The position numbers and the translations under genes were made by a program. 64,000 nucleotides of DNA from Anthoceros angustus (Eukaryota > Plantae > Anthocerotophyta): the NCBI GenBank assembly GCA_010909165.1, contig VJWM01000107.1, forward strand, positions 186,001 to 250,000, read 5' to 3'. The notes beneath the pieces are model-generated. The model was given only the letters and a program-made list of their open reading frames with translations. It did no database searches and was not told the DNA's origin. Of the stretch, positions 36,101-48,100 are shown in pieces (positions within the stretch are counted from its first letter, which is position 1; every line of letters begins with the position of its first letter).

Positions 36101-37020
36101 ATTTTGAAATAATTTTTGCTCCCCTTGTAGTTTTTCTTCTATGGTCATAAAGCAAAAGCTTACTGCAGGTTTTGAAGAAAGAGTTCCCCACAGGTGTGGA
36201 TTTGATATACGAATCGGTGGGTGGTCAAATGTTTAGCACCTGCTTGGATGCTCTAGCCGTGAAGGGCCGGCTGATCATCATTGGCATGATTTCTCAGGTC
36301 TGTGAACTGGATAAAGACTGCGAGGTTTGTGTGAAGGGGTTTTTGCAGTATAGATTCATTGGGACCTTCCCGAAGTATTCACTTTGCAAAGTATGTGTTC
36401 GCAGTATCAGGGAACAGATGGCTGGCAGCCCTCGAACTACCCTGGGCTGTGTGAGAAGCTTCTGTGGAAATCGCAGACCGTGGTATGTACACACTATCTA
36501 TGATGATCTGCGCCTTCTGAGACCAAACAACGGAAGCATTGTACAATCAGCAATGTCACGAGCTGCTCCTTGCACTGCAGGTCGGATTTTTCTTGAACAA
36601 CCACACGAAGCTTTGGCGGGACCATTTGAAGAAGCTGTATGAGCTGTACAGCGCAAAGGCTTTGAAGGTAACTTATCACATGCCATTCCACTTGCCAAAG
36701 TATATCATCGCCGCACAGTTTGGGAGATTATTGATTGCTTTTTGTTGATCTGTGAAACGCCCTCTACAGGTGGCACTGGATCCAACACCATTCACAGGCT
36801 TGGAGTCGGTGGCGGATGCTGTCGAGTACCTTCACTCCGGACGGAGTGCAGGAAAGGTACAGTCCTAACCGTGGTGTTTTTCCGGGCGCTCGGGACATCT
36901 TGTTGTGGGCACTCTCCAAAGTAGAGCTTGTAACTAGCTCCGCCCTTCGTGCTTTGCGTGGTGTAGGTGGTTGTACGGATATCCTTGGATGCCCCTCCTG
37001 TGCAACAATCTCGTCTGTAA
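33131..37020 (+). CDS. NQR: SDR-MDR fusion oxidoreductase (NQR/ARP-like, ZADH2-type C-terminal domain) with PTS1
   Basis: N-terminal SDR ([21 protein letters not shown]). C-terminal MDR ([48 protein letters not shown]). Ends SRL-stop at 37020. About 16 exons. Confidence 0.9.
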
Positions 37021-37037
37021 ACTCACACGTCCTGCAC

Positions 37038-37657
37038 GGCTAGTAACCACCTGGCCATGATTGTATGCATCTGGCAGACGATCATCCTACGATAACAGTA
37101 AAGATCGATGTTCTGAATTTTGTGAGCTATATCAGACATCGCTTCTGGTAGCTCCTACTCTAGCTTGACCTAACGGTGTCCTTGGTCCTTCTCGCTGTCC
37201 TTCTGATCGTGAAGTACGTGATGAAGACTGCTGAATGTTCGGCCTTGGTTCATTCCAAGCTTTTGTGGCGGTTCAATGAGGGACGCTGAATGTTCGGCCT
37301 TGGTTCATTCAAAGCTTTTGTGGTGATTCAATGAGGGATGCTGAATGTTCGGCCTTGGTTCATTCAAAGCTTGTGTGGTGATTCAATGAGGGAAGGGCAG
37401 CTCAGGTGTGTGTCTAAGCCACTAGCACTAAGGGTATCCACTCCCTAAGCACCCCGTCTAGGTGTCGATCGAAGGATGCAGCACGTTCTTATACATGTGT
37501 GTCCACTTTAGTTTTGGACCTGGTCTGACTGCACCACGCCAATCAAATAATCTCACAATTGTTCACAATTATCCTGCCATACATGTCGCAATTCGGCGGC
37601 AGCTCAGGGATGATCGTCTGCCAGATGCATACAATCACGGCCAGGTGCTTACTAGCC
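37038..37657. repeat. 50-bp inverted repeat pair (48/50 identical) starting just after the NQR stop codon
   Basis: 37038-37087 matches the reverse complement of 37608-37657. Confidence 0.92.
37230..37393. repeat. Three tandem copies of a 55-bp unit
   Basis: GCTGAATGTTCGGCCTTGGTTCATT... starts at 37230, 37285 and 37340. Confidence 0.95.
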
Positions 37658-38487
37658 GGTGTGTGTGCCGTTTTAGATGATGGGAATTAGGATTAAGAGT
37701 TTTCTTTTGTAATAGTGAACTTGATTGTGGATTTAATTCAAGTAGGACATTCTACAACAGGCGGCTTCGTAGAGTTTTTCACTTGACTTTTTTCATAGGA
37801 GGCAGTTCATAGAGCTTTTCACGTAAAAAGAGGTGGCCGTGTAGAGCTTTTCACAATACTTTTTATAACAGGCGACCCCTAGAGCTTTTCACAACATGCA
37901 GCATTTTTTACAACAGCTTTTCACAACATGCAACATTTTTTACAACAGGTGATGGATAACACCCGCATCTTGGCAGTAAGCCGACTCAAGGGTGCTTGAC
38001 CTTGAAGTTCTAATGGACACCTCTAGATGTCATTCATGAAGAGAGAGGTTTAGAATTTTTTTGAACAAGCTTTAATGACGATTCCAAATTTTATGAATTA
38101 ATTTTTAATTTTTCAATAAATTTAAGGGCTGGGACGGATTTGTTCCTTTTTCCCCTACCCTCGGAGACCAAGCAGGCAACTCTGCATATGTACCTAGTGG
38201 GCTGAGACGGATTTTTTCCTTTTTCCCCTATCCTCGGAGTCCTGTGTACCTAGTGGATGGAAAAGTATGACATCCTGCACATTCGGAGGTTTTTTGCTAC
38301 TATTCCCAGAGTCATTAAAAGCCCCTAATCACGGCAATGAAGGACACACGATATGCGAGCACATCCTTCTAGCGATTATCAACCTCTTGCCCATTCCTAT
38401 GATATGCACGCAATCAAATGCCAAGAGCTAAAATTGAGTTCTGAAGTGAATGCTGGTCTGAGCAACGAACCCTGCAATTCACCGGAT

Positions 38488-41400
38488 TTAAGAACCGGCG
38501 CACGCGGGAACACAAATCTGCGGATTTCTCACTATGATTATAGGTGTTCTCTCAGGCATGGTGCTAAGGGCATGTGCGACAGCCAGCTTTTCCCTGAGCA
38601 CACGAGAATCATCTTCCGTCTTATTATCGGATATCCCTGCAGGTGACCAGTTTACATCTATTTGCTTCCTCATTTTGAGGGATATGTGCTTCAGCCTTGA
38701 TTGACTCTTGGGATTTTTCTTAGCACCAACCAAAAAGCTATGCACCCGTCCTTCTAAGTCTGTCCACCAACTCTGGCCCGGCTGCTTCCATGCCTTCATT
38801 CCTACCCTCCTTGCCTGCATCCCTTGTGCCTGCTCCCACATGTGAGCAGCAGTGTACACGTTCGACATCAACACATATGCTGCATCATCCTTCTTGTCTA
38901 GCTCTATTGCTTGGTCGAAAGCATCGCGTCCCACCTCCACGTTGCTCCACCTGCAACAAGCACCCAATAGAGTGTGCCAAACCGCAGAAGTGGGCGGTAC
39001 AGGCATTGCCCTTGCCAAAGCTAGTGCCTCATCGAGTTGGCCTGCACGGCCCAAGAGATCCACCATGCATGTGTAGTGCTCCACCGTGGGACTGATGCCA
39101 TCGATTCTGCTCATATCCTTAAAGTATTCTCTACCCCTGCTCGCTAAACCCGCATGACTGCATACTGTTAGTACACTAACATATGTGATGCCGACTGGCC
39201 GTATGCAATCCTCTTTCATTCTCTGGAACAAGTCAAAGACCAATTCACTGTCTCCTTGACAGGTGTATCCTGCAATAAGTGCACTCCAGGTGAAAACATC
39301 TCTTTCAGGCAATGCATCAAACACCTCCTGTGCCTCACTCATGCTTCCACACTTCCCATACATGTTTATTAAACTACCTGCTACACACAAATCAGCTTGA
39401 AGCCCTTGTTCTTGAATCTGTGCATGTAGATGCCTTCCCATATGCAAAGCCGCCACACTTGCACATGCCTGCAGAAGGCACACAAATGTCACAGAATCGG
39501 GCACACAGATTCCATCGTCTTGCATCTCGTTGTATAGACGGAGAGCTTCCTGCCCCATCCCCTGCTGGGAATACCCTGCAATGAGCGCATTCCACGCCAC
39601 CACATCCTTTTGCGCAAGATCGTCAAACACTCTCTGAGCATCTTCCAAGCTGCCACACTTTGCATACATGTTGACCAAGCTGTTGGCTAGAAAAACATCA
39701 GCCTGATGTCCTCCTGCTCTGATTTCCGCGTGCAGCTGCTTCCCCTTCTTCAAAGCTGGTTTGCCTATGCTCGCACATGTCTGCAGGAGGGACAAGAATG
39801 TCACAGAATCTGGTACGGCACTGCTGTCTTCTTGCATAACACTGAAGAGACGAAGGGCTTCCTGGTCCATCCTCTGCTGGGAATACGCTGCTATCAAGGC
39901 ATTCCAAGTTACCACATCTTTTTGACCAAGTTCGTTAAACACTCTTTGAGCGTCTTCTAAGCTGCCACACTTTGCGTACATATTCACCAAACTGTTACCC
40001 ACGAACGGATCTGCTTGATGTCCTTGATTTCTAATTTGTATATGAAGCTGCCTCCCCTTTTCCAAAGCTGGGGCGCCCACACTTGCACATGCCTGCAAAA
40101 GGCACACAAATGTTACAGAATTTGGCAAAACAATGCATTCTTCCTGCATAAGAGTGTAGAGACGAAGAGCTTCCTGCCCCATGCCCTGCTGGGAATACCC
40201 TCCAATAAGAGCAGTCCAGGTAACACCATCTTTCTGCGCAAGTCCGTCAAACACACTCTGAGCATCTTCCAAGCTGCCACACTTTGCATACATATTCACC
40301 AAACTGCTGGCTATGAATGCATCAGCTTCATGTCCTCGTTCTCTAATTTGCACATGAAGCTGCTTTCCCACCTCCAGAGCTGAGTTACCCACACTTGCAC
40401 ATGCCTGCAAGAGGCACATAAATGTCACAGAAGTGGGTATAGCAATGCCCTCTGCTTGCATAGCACTGTACAAACGAAGGGCTTCCTGGCCCATGCCCTG
40501 TTGGGAATATCCTGCAATCAGAGCAGTCCACGTCACCACCTCTTTTTGAACAAGACCGTCAAAAACTCTCTGAGCGTCTTCCAAGCTGCCACACTTTGCA
40601 TACATGTTTACCAAACTGCTGGCGACAAACGCATCTGCTTGATGTCCTCCTCCTCTGATGTGCAGATGAAGCTGCCTCCCCATCTCCAGAGCCGGGTTGC
40701 CCACGCTTGCACATGCTTGCAGGAGGGACACAAACGTGACGAGGTTGGGTTCAGTGCTGCCTTCTTCTTGCATAACACTGTAAAGACCCAGGGCTTTGTG
40801 CCCCAGGCCCAGCTGGGAATAGCCTGCTATCATGGCATTCCACGTTACCACATTTTTTTTACTAAGTCCATCAAACAGTCTCTCAGCATCTTCTAAGCTG
40901 CCACATTTCGAGTACATGCTCACCAAGCAGTTATAGACAAACAAATCAGGCTCCACTCCACTTGCCAACACGTCGGCATGCACCTGCTGCCCAGTCTCCA
41001 AGTCCGATCCCCTTGCACAAGCCTGAAGGGCCGCGACAAATACATGGCCATCTGGCTTCACACCTGACCTGCGCATACGATGATACAGTTCTATGGCCTG
41101 CTTGTCCTGTCCCTGTTTAACATGGGCAGAGATTATGGAGGACCACATGAAGGCATCTGGATGGGCAACCACTTGAAACACATCCAACGCGTCTTGCAAC
41201 CTGCCATGAGCAGCATACATTCTCAGGATATGGTTGCACAAGAACGTGTCCGTCTCATACCCCATTCCCAACGTTAAGGCGTGAACACGGCGACCCAGAA
41301 CAAGGTCATTCTTTACTACACATGTTTTCAGCACACTATACAAGAGAGATCTGGGAATAACAGTGTCCGTCTGCACCAGAACTCCCAGAGCCTCAACAGC

Positions 41401-42171
41401 CTCATCGAGATAGCCCTCATGACAGAGCTGGCTCAGCATTTCAGCCGATACACCCTTATCACGTCCTACAAGGTCAGCATTATCCGGCAAGCTCCAGCTG
41501 GATTTGGATGCCCGCCGACTCTTATCCATATTCAGAGCACCAAGCTGGGCATCCACACAAGTTATTTTCTTCAACTTGTTCAGGCAGAGGACCTCCCGTG
41601 ACTCCCCATACCGGAAGCCAGACCAAGAGAGTCCCTTCTTATCATGTTGCCGCAAGAGCTCCTGGTTACAACCGTCCCTGGAAGACCCGTGTCCAGCCAG
41701 ATATCCTCTTGAGCCACCGGAATCTGTTGCATACGTGCTGCACCTTGCGGCTTCAGTGTTTGCGGGGGCTCCGGTTAACCGACCACTTGGTTGGGTCCTC
41801 GAGAGCTGTCCCCATGACAGGTCCTGTTGCCGTTTGCACGACTCACTTGGAACACACCAGACAGCCATGGCTCGTCCAGTGCCTATGGGTGCCACAGGCT
41901 CCGCTGAGAAGATTCGTGCTTGTCGAGGATTTGATGCATCCGCCACTCTTGCCGGTGTTCGTGACTGGACCCCGACTGGCTGCTGACTGTATCGGTTTGA
42001 CGCTGTGGGAGGTGAACATGTGTGATCTCCATGCGTGGATGTGCTTCCACTGATTCCACAAAGGGTGTGGGTGCTGGGAATGGCAACGGAAATGAGAATC
42101 TGAGGCACAGCAAGCATTGTGCGTTCGTCGGCTGATCCGTTACATTTGCTTGGCTTCCGCCTCCTCCGCAT
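38488..42171 (-). CDS. PLS-class PPR protein with E1-E2, SWW-type PG box and degenerate truncated DYW; candidate organellar RNA-editing factor
   Basis: Intronless 1227-aa ORF with repeated P-L-S triplets (VVTWNALIAGY..., VTFVCLLQAC..., SLVNMYAKCGSLEDA), HYTCMVDLLGRAG, WKQPGQSWWTD and a DYW remnant LREKLAVAHAL...RNPQIC. True start uncertain. Confidence 0.93.
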   Translation of the reverse strand: MRRRRKPSKCNGSADERTMLAVPQILISVAIPSTHTLCGISGSTSTHGDHTCSPPTASNRYSQQPVGVQSRTPARVADASNPRQARIFSAEPVAPIGTGRAMAVWCVPSESCKRQQDLSWGQLSRTQPSGRLTGAPANTEAARCSTYATDSGGSRGYLAGHGSSRDGCNQELLRQHDKKGLSWSGFRYGESREVLCLNKLKKITCVDAQLGALNMDKSRRASKSSWSLPDNADLVGRDKGVSAEMLSQLCHEGYLDEAVEALGVLVQTDTVIPRSLLYSVLKTCVVKNDLVLGRRVHALTLGMGYETDTFLCNHILRMYAAHGRLQDALDVFQVVAHPDAFMWSSIISAHVKQGQDKQAIELYHRMRRSGVKPDGHVFVAALQACARGSDLETGQQVHADVLASGVEPDLFVYNCLVSMYSKCGSLEDAERLFDGLSKKNVVTWNAMIAGYSQLGLGHKALGLYSVMQEEGSTEPNLVTFVSLLQACASVGNPALEMGRQLHLHIRGGGHQADAFVASSLVNMYAKCGSLEDAQRVFDGLVQKEVVTWTALIAGYSQQGMGQEALRLYSAMQAEGIAIPTSVTFMCLLQACASVGNSALEVGKQLHVQIRERGHEADAFIASSLVNMYAKCGSLEDAQSVFDGLAQKDGVTWTALIGGYSQQGMGQEALRLYTLMQEECIVLPNSVTFVCLLQACASVGAPALEKGRQLHIQIRNQGHQADPFVGNSLVNMYAKCGSLEDAQRVFNELGQKDVVTWNALIAAYSQQRMDQEALRLFSVMQEDSSAVPDSVTFLSLLQTCASIGKPALKKGKQLHAEIRAGGHQADVFLANSLVNMYAKCGSLEDAQRVFDDLAQKDVVAWNALIAGYSQQGMGQEALRLYNEMQDDGICVPDSVTFVCLLQACASVAALHMGRHLHAQIQEQGLQADLCVAGSLINMYGKCGSMSEAQEVFDALPERDVFTWSALIAGYTCQGDSELVFDLFQRMKEDCIRPVGITYVSVLTVCSHAGLASRGREYFKDMSRIDGISPTVEHYTCMVDLLGRAGQLDEALALARAMPVPPTSAVWHTLLGACCRWSNVEVGRDAFDQAIELDKKDDAAYVLMSNVYTAAHMWEQAQGMQARRVGMKAWKQPGQSWWTDLEGRVHSFLVGAKKNPKSQSRLKHISLKMRKQIDVNWSPAGISDNKTEDDSRVLREKLAVAHALSTMPERTPIIIVRNPQICVPACAGS

Positions 42172-42199
42172 GTAAGCTCACAGGCTGCTTCGGCGAGCC

Positions 42200-45100
42200 A
42201 TGGGCGTCTGGAGCGTGGCAATTGAATCACATGGACAGGATCCGTTGGGGGGACAATTCCCATGGACCCAACAAACTGGCGGGTTCGCAGGTTTCCTAGG
42301 CAGAGCGCCCGCTCGCCTGACTTCTAGAGACCGAGCGTTCGCAAACCATGAAGCCGGCAGGTGCAGCACCTGTGCCAGAAACTCAGCCCTTCCTATAGCT
42401 GTTCTGGATCTGGAGATGGGTTGTCGCGCCAAATCGAACTGGAGCTTGCCGGATGATGCAGAAGCTCAAAGGCCTGGAGAACCTGTTGGGGGCGTGAGTG
42501 TTGAAACCGTGAGCAACTTATGTCATCGAGGCCATCTCACTGAAGCTGTTGAGGGTTTAGGAGTTCTTGTGCAGACGGACAGTTGTATTTCCACGTATCT
42601 CTTGTATGATATACTGAAGAAATGCGTTGCTAAGAAGGACCTTGTTCTGGGTCGCCGCATCCACGCTTTCACTGTGAGAAAGGGGTACGAGTCAGACACG
42701 TTCCTGTGCAACCATATTCTGCGAATGTATGCTTCTCATGGCAGGCTTCAAGACGCGATGGATGTGTTTCAAGTGGTGGTCAAACCAGATGCCTTCATGT
42801 GGTCTTCCATAATCTCCGCCCATGTTAAACAGGGACAAGACAAGCAAGCCTTACAACTTTATCAGCAGATGCGCAGTTCAAGTGTGAAGCCAGATGGCCA
42901 TGTATTTGCGGCTGCCCTTCAGGCTTGTGCAAGGGGCTCAGACTTAAAAACTGGGCAGCAGGTGCATGCCGATGTGTTGGCCAGTGGCGTCGAGCCTGAT
43001 TTGTTCATTTGTAGTTGCTTAGTGGACATGTATGGAAAATGTGGCAGCTTGGATGATGCTCAGAGAGTGTTTGACGGACTTGGTCAGAAAGACGTGGTGA
43101 CTTGGAATTCTATGATAGCAGGATATGCCCAGCAGGGCATGGGCCAGGAAGCCCTTCGTCTCTACAGCACCATGCAAGATGAAGGCATTGTTACACCTGA
43201 TTGTGTGACATTTGTGTGCCTCTTGCAGGCATGTGCAAGTCTGGGGAGTGCAGCTTTGGAGAAGGGGCAGCAACTTCATGCAGAAATTCGAGAACGAGGA
43301 CATCATGCTGATGTGTTTGTGGCCAGCAGTTTGGTGAACATGTATGCAAAGTGTGGCAGTCTAGAGGATGCTCGAGTTGTGTTTGAGGGACTTGGTCGGA
43401 AGGATGTGGTCACGTGGAATGCCATGATAGCAGGGTACACTCAGCAGGGCATGGGACAGGAAGCTCTTCGTCTCTATGGTATTATGCAAGAAGAAGGCGT
43501 CTCTGCACCTAATTCTGTGACATTTCTGTGCCTCCTGCAGGCATGTGCAAGTGTGGGCATCTCAGCTTTGGAGACAGGGAGGCAGATTCATCTGCAAATA
43601 AGAGAACGGGGTCATCAAGCTGATGTGTATGTAGCCAACAGTCTGGTAAACATGTATGCAAAATGTGGCAGCTTGGAAGATGCCCAGATAGTATTTGATG
43701 GACTTGGTCAAAAAGATGTGGTGACATGGACTGCTCTGATTGCAGGCTATTCCCAGCGGGGCAGGGGCCAAGAAGCCCTCCGTTTGTACAGTATTCTGCA
43801 AGAGGAAGGCATTGCTGTCCCAAACTCCGTGACGTTTGTGTGTCTCCTGCAGGCATGTGCAAATGTGGGCGCCCCGGCATTAGAAAAGGGGAAGCAGCTT
43901 CATGCGCAAATTCGAGAAGGAGGACATCAAGCTGATGTGTTTGTGGCCAGCAGTTTGGTGAACATGTACGCTAAGTGTGGCAGCCTGGAAGAGGCTCAGA
44001 GAGTGTTTGACGGACTTGGCCAGAAAGAGGTGGTGACTTGGACTGCTCTAATTGCAGGGTATTCCCATCAGGGAAGGGGCCAAGAAGCTCTTCGTCTGTA
44101 CAGTGCTATGCAACAAGAAAGCATTGCGGTACCCGATTCTGTGACATTTGTGTGTCTCCTGCAGGCTTGTGCAAGTATTGGCACCCCAGCTGTGGAGAAG
44201 GGGAAGCAGCTTCATTCACAAATAAGAGAACGAGGTTATCAAACTGATGTATTTGTAGCCAACAGTTTGGTGAGCATGTATGCAAAGTGTGGCAGCCTGG
44301 AAGATGCTCAGGAAGTGTTTGACGGGCTTGGTCAGAAGGACGTTGTGACATGGAATGCAATGATCGCAGGCTATTCCCAGCAGGGCATGGGTCAGGAAGC
44401 CCTTCGCATCTACAGTCTTATGCAAGGAGAAAGCAACGCTGTTCCAGATTCTGTGACATTTTTGTGCCTTTTGCAGGCATGTGCAATCGTGGGCATACCT
44501 GCCTTGGAGAAGGGAATGGAGCTACATACTCAAATTAGAGAACAAGGGCTTGACTCTGATGTGTTTGTAGCAAGCAGTTTGGTCAACATGTATGCAAAAT
44601 GTGGTAGCTTGGAAGATGCTCAGAGAGTGTTTGAGGACTTGGCCAGAAAGAGGTGGTGACTTGGACTGCTCTAATTGCAGGGTATTCCCATCAGGGAAGG
44701 GGCCAAGAAGCTCTTCGTCTGTACAGTGCTATGCAACAAGAAAGCATTGCGGTACCCGATTCTGTGACATTTGTGTGTCTCCTGCAGGCTTGTGCAAGTA
44801 TTGGCACCCCAGCTGTGGAGAAGGGGAAGCAGCTTCATTCACAAATAAGAGAACGAGGTTATCAAACTGATGTATTTGTAGCCAACAGTTTGGTGAGCAT
44901 GTATGCAAAGTGTGGCAGCCTGGAAGATGCTCAGGAAGTGTTTGACGGACTTGGTCAGAAGGACGTTGTGACATGGAATGCAATGATCGCAGGCTATTCC
45001 CAGCAGGGCATGGGTCAGGAAGCCCTTCGCATCTACAGTCTTATGCAAGGAGAAAGCAACGCTGTTCCAGATTCTGTGACATTTTGTGCCTTTTGCAGGC

Positions 45101-48100
45101 ATGTGCAATCGTGGCATACCTGCCTTGGAGAAGGGAATGGAGCTACATACTCAAATTAGAGAACAAGGGCTTGACTCTGATGTGTTTGTAGCAAGCAGTT
45201 TGGTCAACATGTATGCAAAATGTGGTAGCTTGGAAGATGCTCAGAGAGTGTTTGACAGACTTGGTAAAAAAGATGTGGTAACGTGGACTGCTCTAATAGC
45301 AGGATACTCCCAGCAGGGCATGGGCCAGGAAGCCCTTCGTCTGTACAGTGCTATGCAAGAAGAAGGCATCATTGTAGCTAATGCCATAACGTATGTGTGC
45401 CTTCTGCAGGCATGTGCAACTGTGGGCAGCCTGGCGCTGGAGAAGGGGAAGCAGCTTCATACACAAATTAGACGACGAGGATATGAAGCAGATGTGTTTG
45501 TAGCCAACAGTTTGGTGAATATGTATGCAAAGTGTGGCAGCTTGGAAGATGCTCAGGAAGTGTTTGACGGGCTTGGTCAGAAGGACGTTGTGACATGGAA
45601 TGCAATGATCGCAGGCTATTCCCAGCAGGGCATGGGTCAGGAAGCCCTTCGCATCTACAGTCTTATGCAAGGAGAAAGCAACGCTGTTCCAGATTCTGTG
45701 ACATTTTGTGCCTTTTGCAGGCATGTGCAATCGTGGCATACCTGCCTTGGAGAAGGGAATGGAGCTACATACTCAAATTAGAGAACAAGGGCTTGACTCT
45801 GATGTGTTTGTAGCAAGCAGTTTGGTGAACATGTATGCAAAATGTGGTAGCTTGGAAGATGCTCAGAGAGTGTTTGACAGACTTGGTAAAAAGATGTGGT
45901 AACGTGGACTGCTCTAATAGCAGGATACTCCCAGCAGGGCATGGGCCAGGAAGCCCTTCGTCTGTACAGTGCTATGCAAGAAGAAGGCATCATTGTAGCT
46001 AATGCCATAACGTATGTGTGCCTCCTGCAGGCATGTGCAAGTGTGGGCATCTCAGCTTTGGAGACAGGGAGGCAGATTCATCTGCAAATAAGAGAACAGG
46101 GTCATCAAGCTGATGTGTATGTAGCCAACAGTCTGGTAACATGTATGCAAAATGTGGCAGCTTGGAAGATGCCCAGATAGTATTTGATGGACTTGGTCAA
46201 AAAGATGTGGTGACATGGACTGCTCTGATTGCAGGCTATTCCCAGCGGGGCAGGGGCCAAGAAGCCCTCCGTTTGTACAGTATTCTGCAAGAGGAAGGCA
46301 TTGCTGTCCCAAACTCCGTGACGTTTGTGTGTCTCCTGCAGGCATGTGCAAATGTGGGCGCCCCGGCATTAGAAAAGGGGAAGCAGCTTCATGCGCAAAT
46401 TCGAGAAGGAGGACATCAAGCTGATGTGTTTGTGGCCAGCAGTTTGGTGAACATGTACGCTAAGTGTGGCAGCCTGGAAGAGGCTCAGAGAGTGTTTGAC
46501 GGACTTGGCCAGAAAGAGGTGGTGACTTGGACTGCTCTAATTGCAGGGTATTCCCATCAGGGAAGGGGCCAAGAAGCTCTTCGTCTGTACAGTGCTATGC
46601 AACAAGAAAGCATTGCGGTACCCGATTCTGTGACATTTGTGTGTCTCCTGCAGGCTTGTGCAAGTATTGGCACCCCAGCTGTGGAGAAGGGGAAGCAGCT
46701 TCATTCACAAATAAGAGAACGAGGTTATCAAACTGATGTAGCCAACAGTTTGGTGAGCATGTATGCAAAGTGTGGCAGCCTGGAAGATGCTCAGGAAGTG
46801 TTTGACGGGCTTGGTCAGAAGGACGTTGTGACATGGAATGCAATGATCGCAGGCTATTCCCAGCAGGGCATGGGTCAGGAAGCCCTTCGCATCTACAGTC
46901 TTATGCAAGGAGAAAGCAACGCTGTTCCAGATTCTGTGACATTTTGTGCCTTTGCAGGCATGTGCAATCGTGGCATACCTGCCTTGGAGAAGGGAATGGA
47001 GCTACATACTCAAATTAGAGAACAAGGGCTTGACTCTGATGTGTTTGTAGCAAGCAGTTTGGTCAACATGTATGCAAAATGTGGTAGCTTGGAAGATGCT
47101 CAGAGAGTGTTTGACAGACTTGGTAAAAAGATGTGGTAACGTGGACTGCTCTAATAGCAGGATACTCCCAGCAGGCATGGGCCAGGAAGCCCTTCGTCTG
47201 TACAGTGCTATGCAAGAAGAAGGCATCATTGTAGCTAATGCCATAACGTATGTGTGCCTTCTGCAGGCATGTGCAACTGTGGCAGCCTGGCGCTGGAGAA
47301 GGGAAGCAGCTTCATACACAAATTAGACGAGGATATGAAGCAGATGTGTTTGTAGCCAACAGTTTGGTGAATATGTATGCAAAGTGTGGCAGCTTGGAAG
47401 ATGCTCAGAGTGTGTTCGACGGACTTGGTCACAAGGATGTGGTAACATGGAATGCCTTGATAGCAGGGTACTCCCAGAAGGCATGGGCCAGGAAGCCCTT
47501 TGTCTCTACGGTGTTATGCAAGAAGAGGGCCTTGCTGTACCGGATTCCGTGACATTCTTGTCTCTCCTGCAAGCATGTGCAAGTGTGGGCCCTTCAGCCT
47601 TGCAGAAGGGAAGCAGCTTCATGCACAGATTAGAGGACGAGGATATCAAGGTGATGTGTTTGTAGCCAACAGTTTGGTGAACATGTACGCAAAGTGTGGC
47701 AGCCTGGAAGATGCTCAGGAAGTGTTTGACGGGCTTGGTCAGAAGGACGTTGTGACATGGAATGCAATGATCGCAGGCTATTCCCAGCAGGCATGGGTCA
47801 GGAAGCCCTTCGCATCTACAGTCTTATGCAAGGAGAAAGCAACGCTGTTCCAGATTCTGTGACATTTTGTGCCTTTGCAGGCATGTGCAATCGTGGGCAT
47901 ACCTGCCTTGGAGAAGGGAATGGAGCTACATACTCAAATTAGAGAACAAGGGCTTGACTCTGATGTGTTTGTAGCAAGCAGTTTGGTCAACATGTATGCA
48001 AAATGTGGTAGCTTGGAAGATGCTCAGAGAGTGTTTGACAGACTTGGTAAAAAAGATGTGGTAACGTGGACTGCTCTAATAGCAGGATACTCCCAGCAGG

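Noticed and set aside
24092-37393. 92-bp and 55-bp repeats as CRISPR-like arrays
   Set aside because: Eukaryotic context, contiguous units without unique spacers, and no cas genes.
38300-38487. Possible remnant of the DYW C-terminus (…CRD-stop) downstream of PPR gene 1
   Set aside because: The similarity is too short and out of frame to distinguish from chance.
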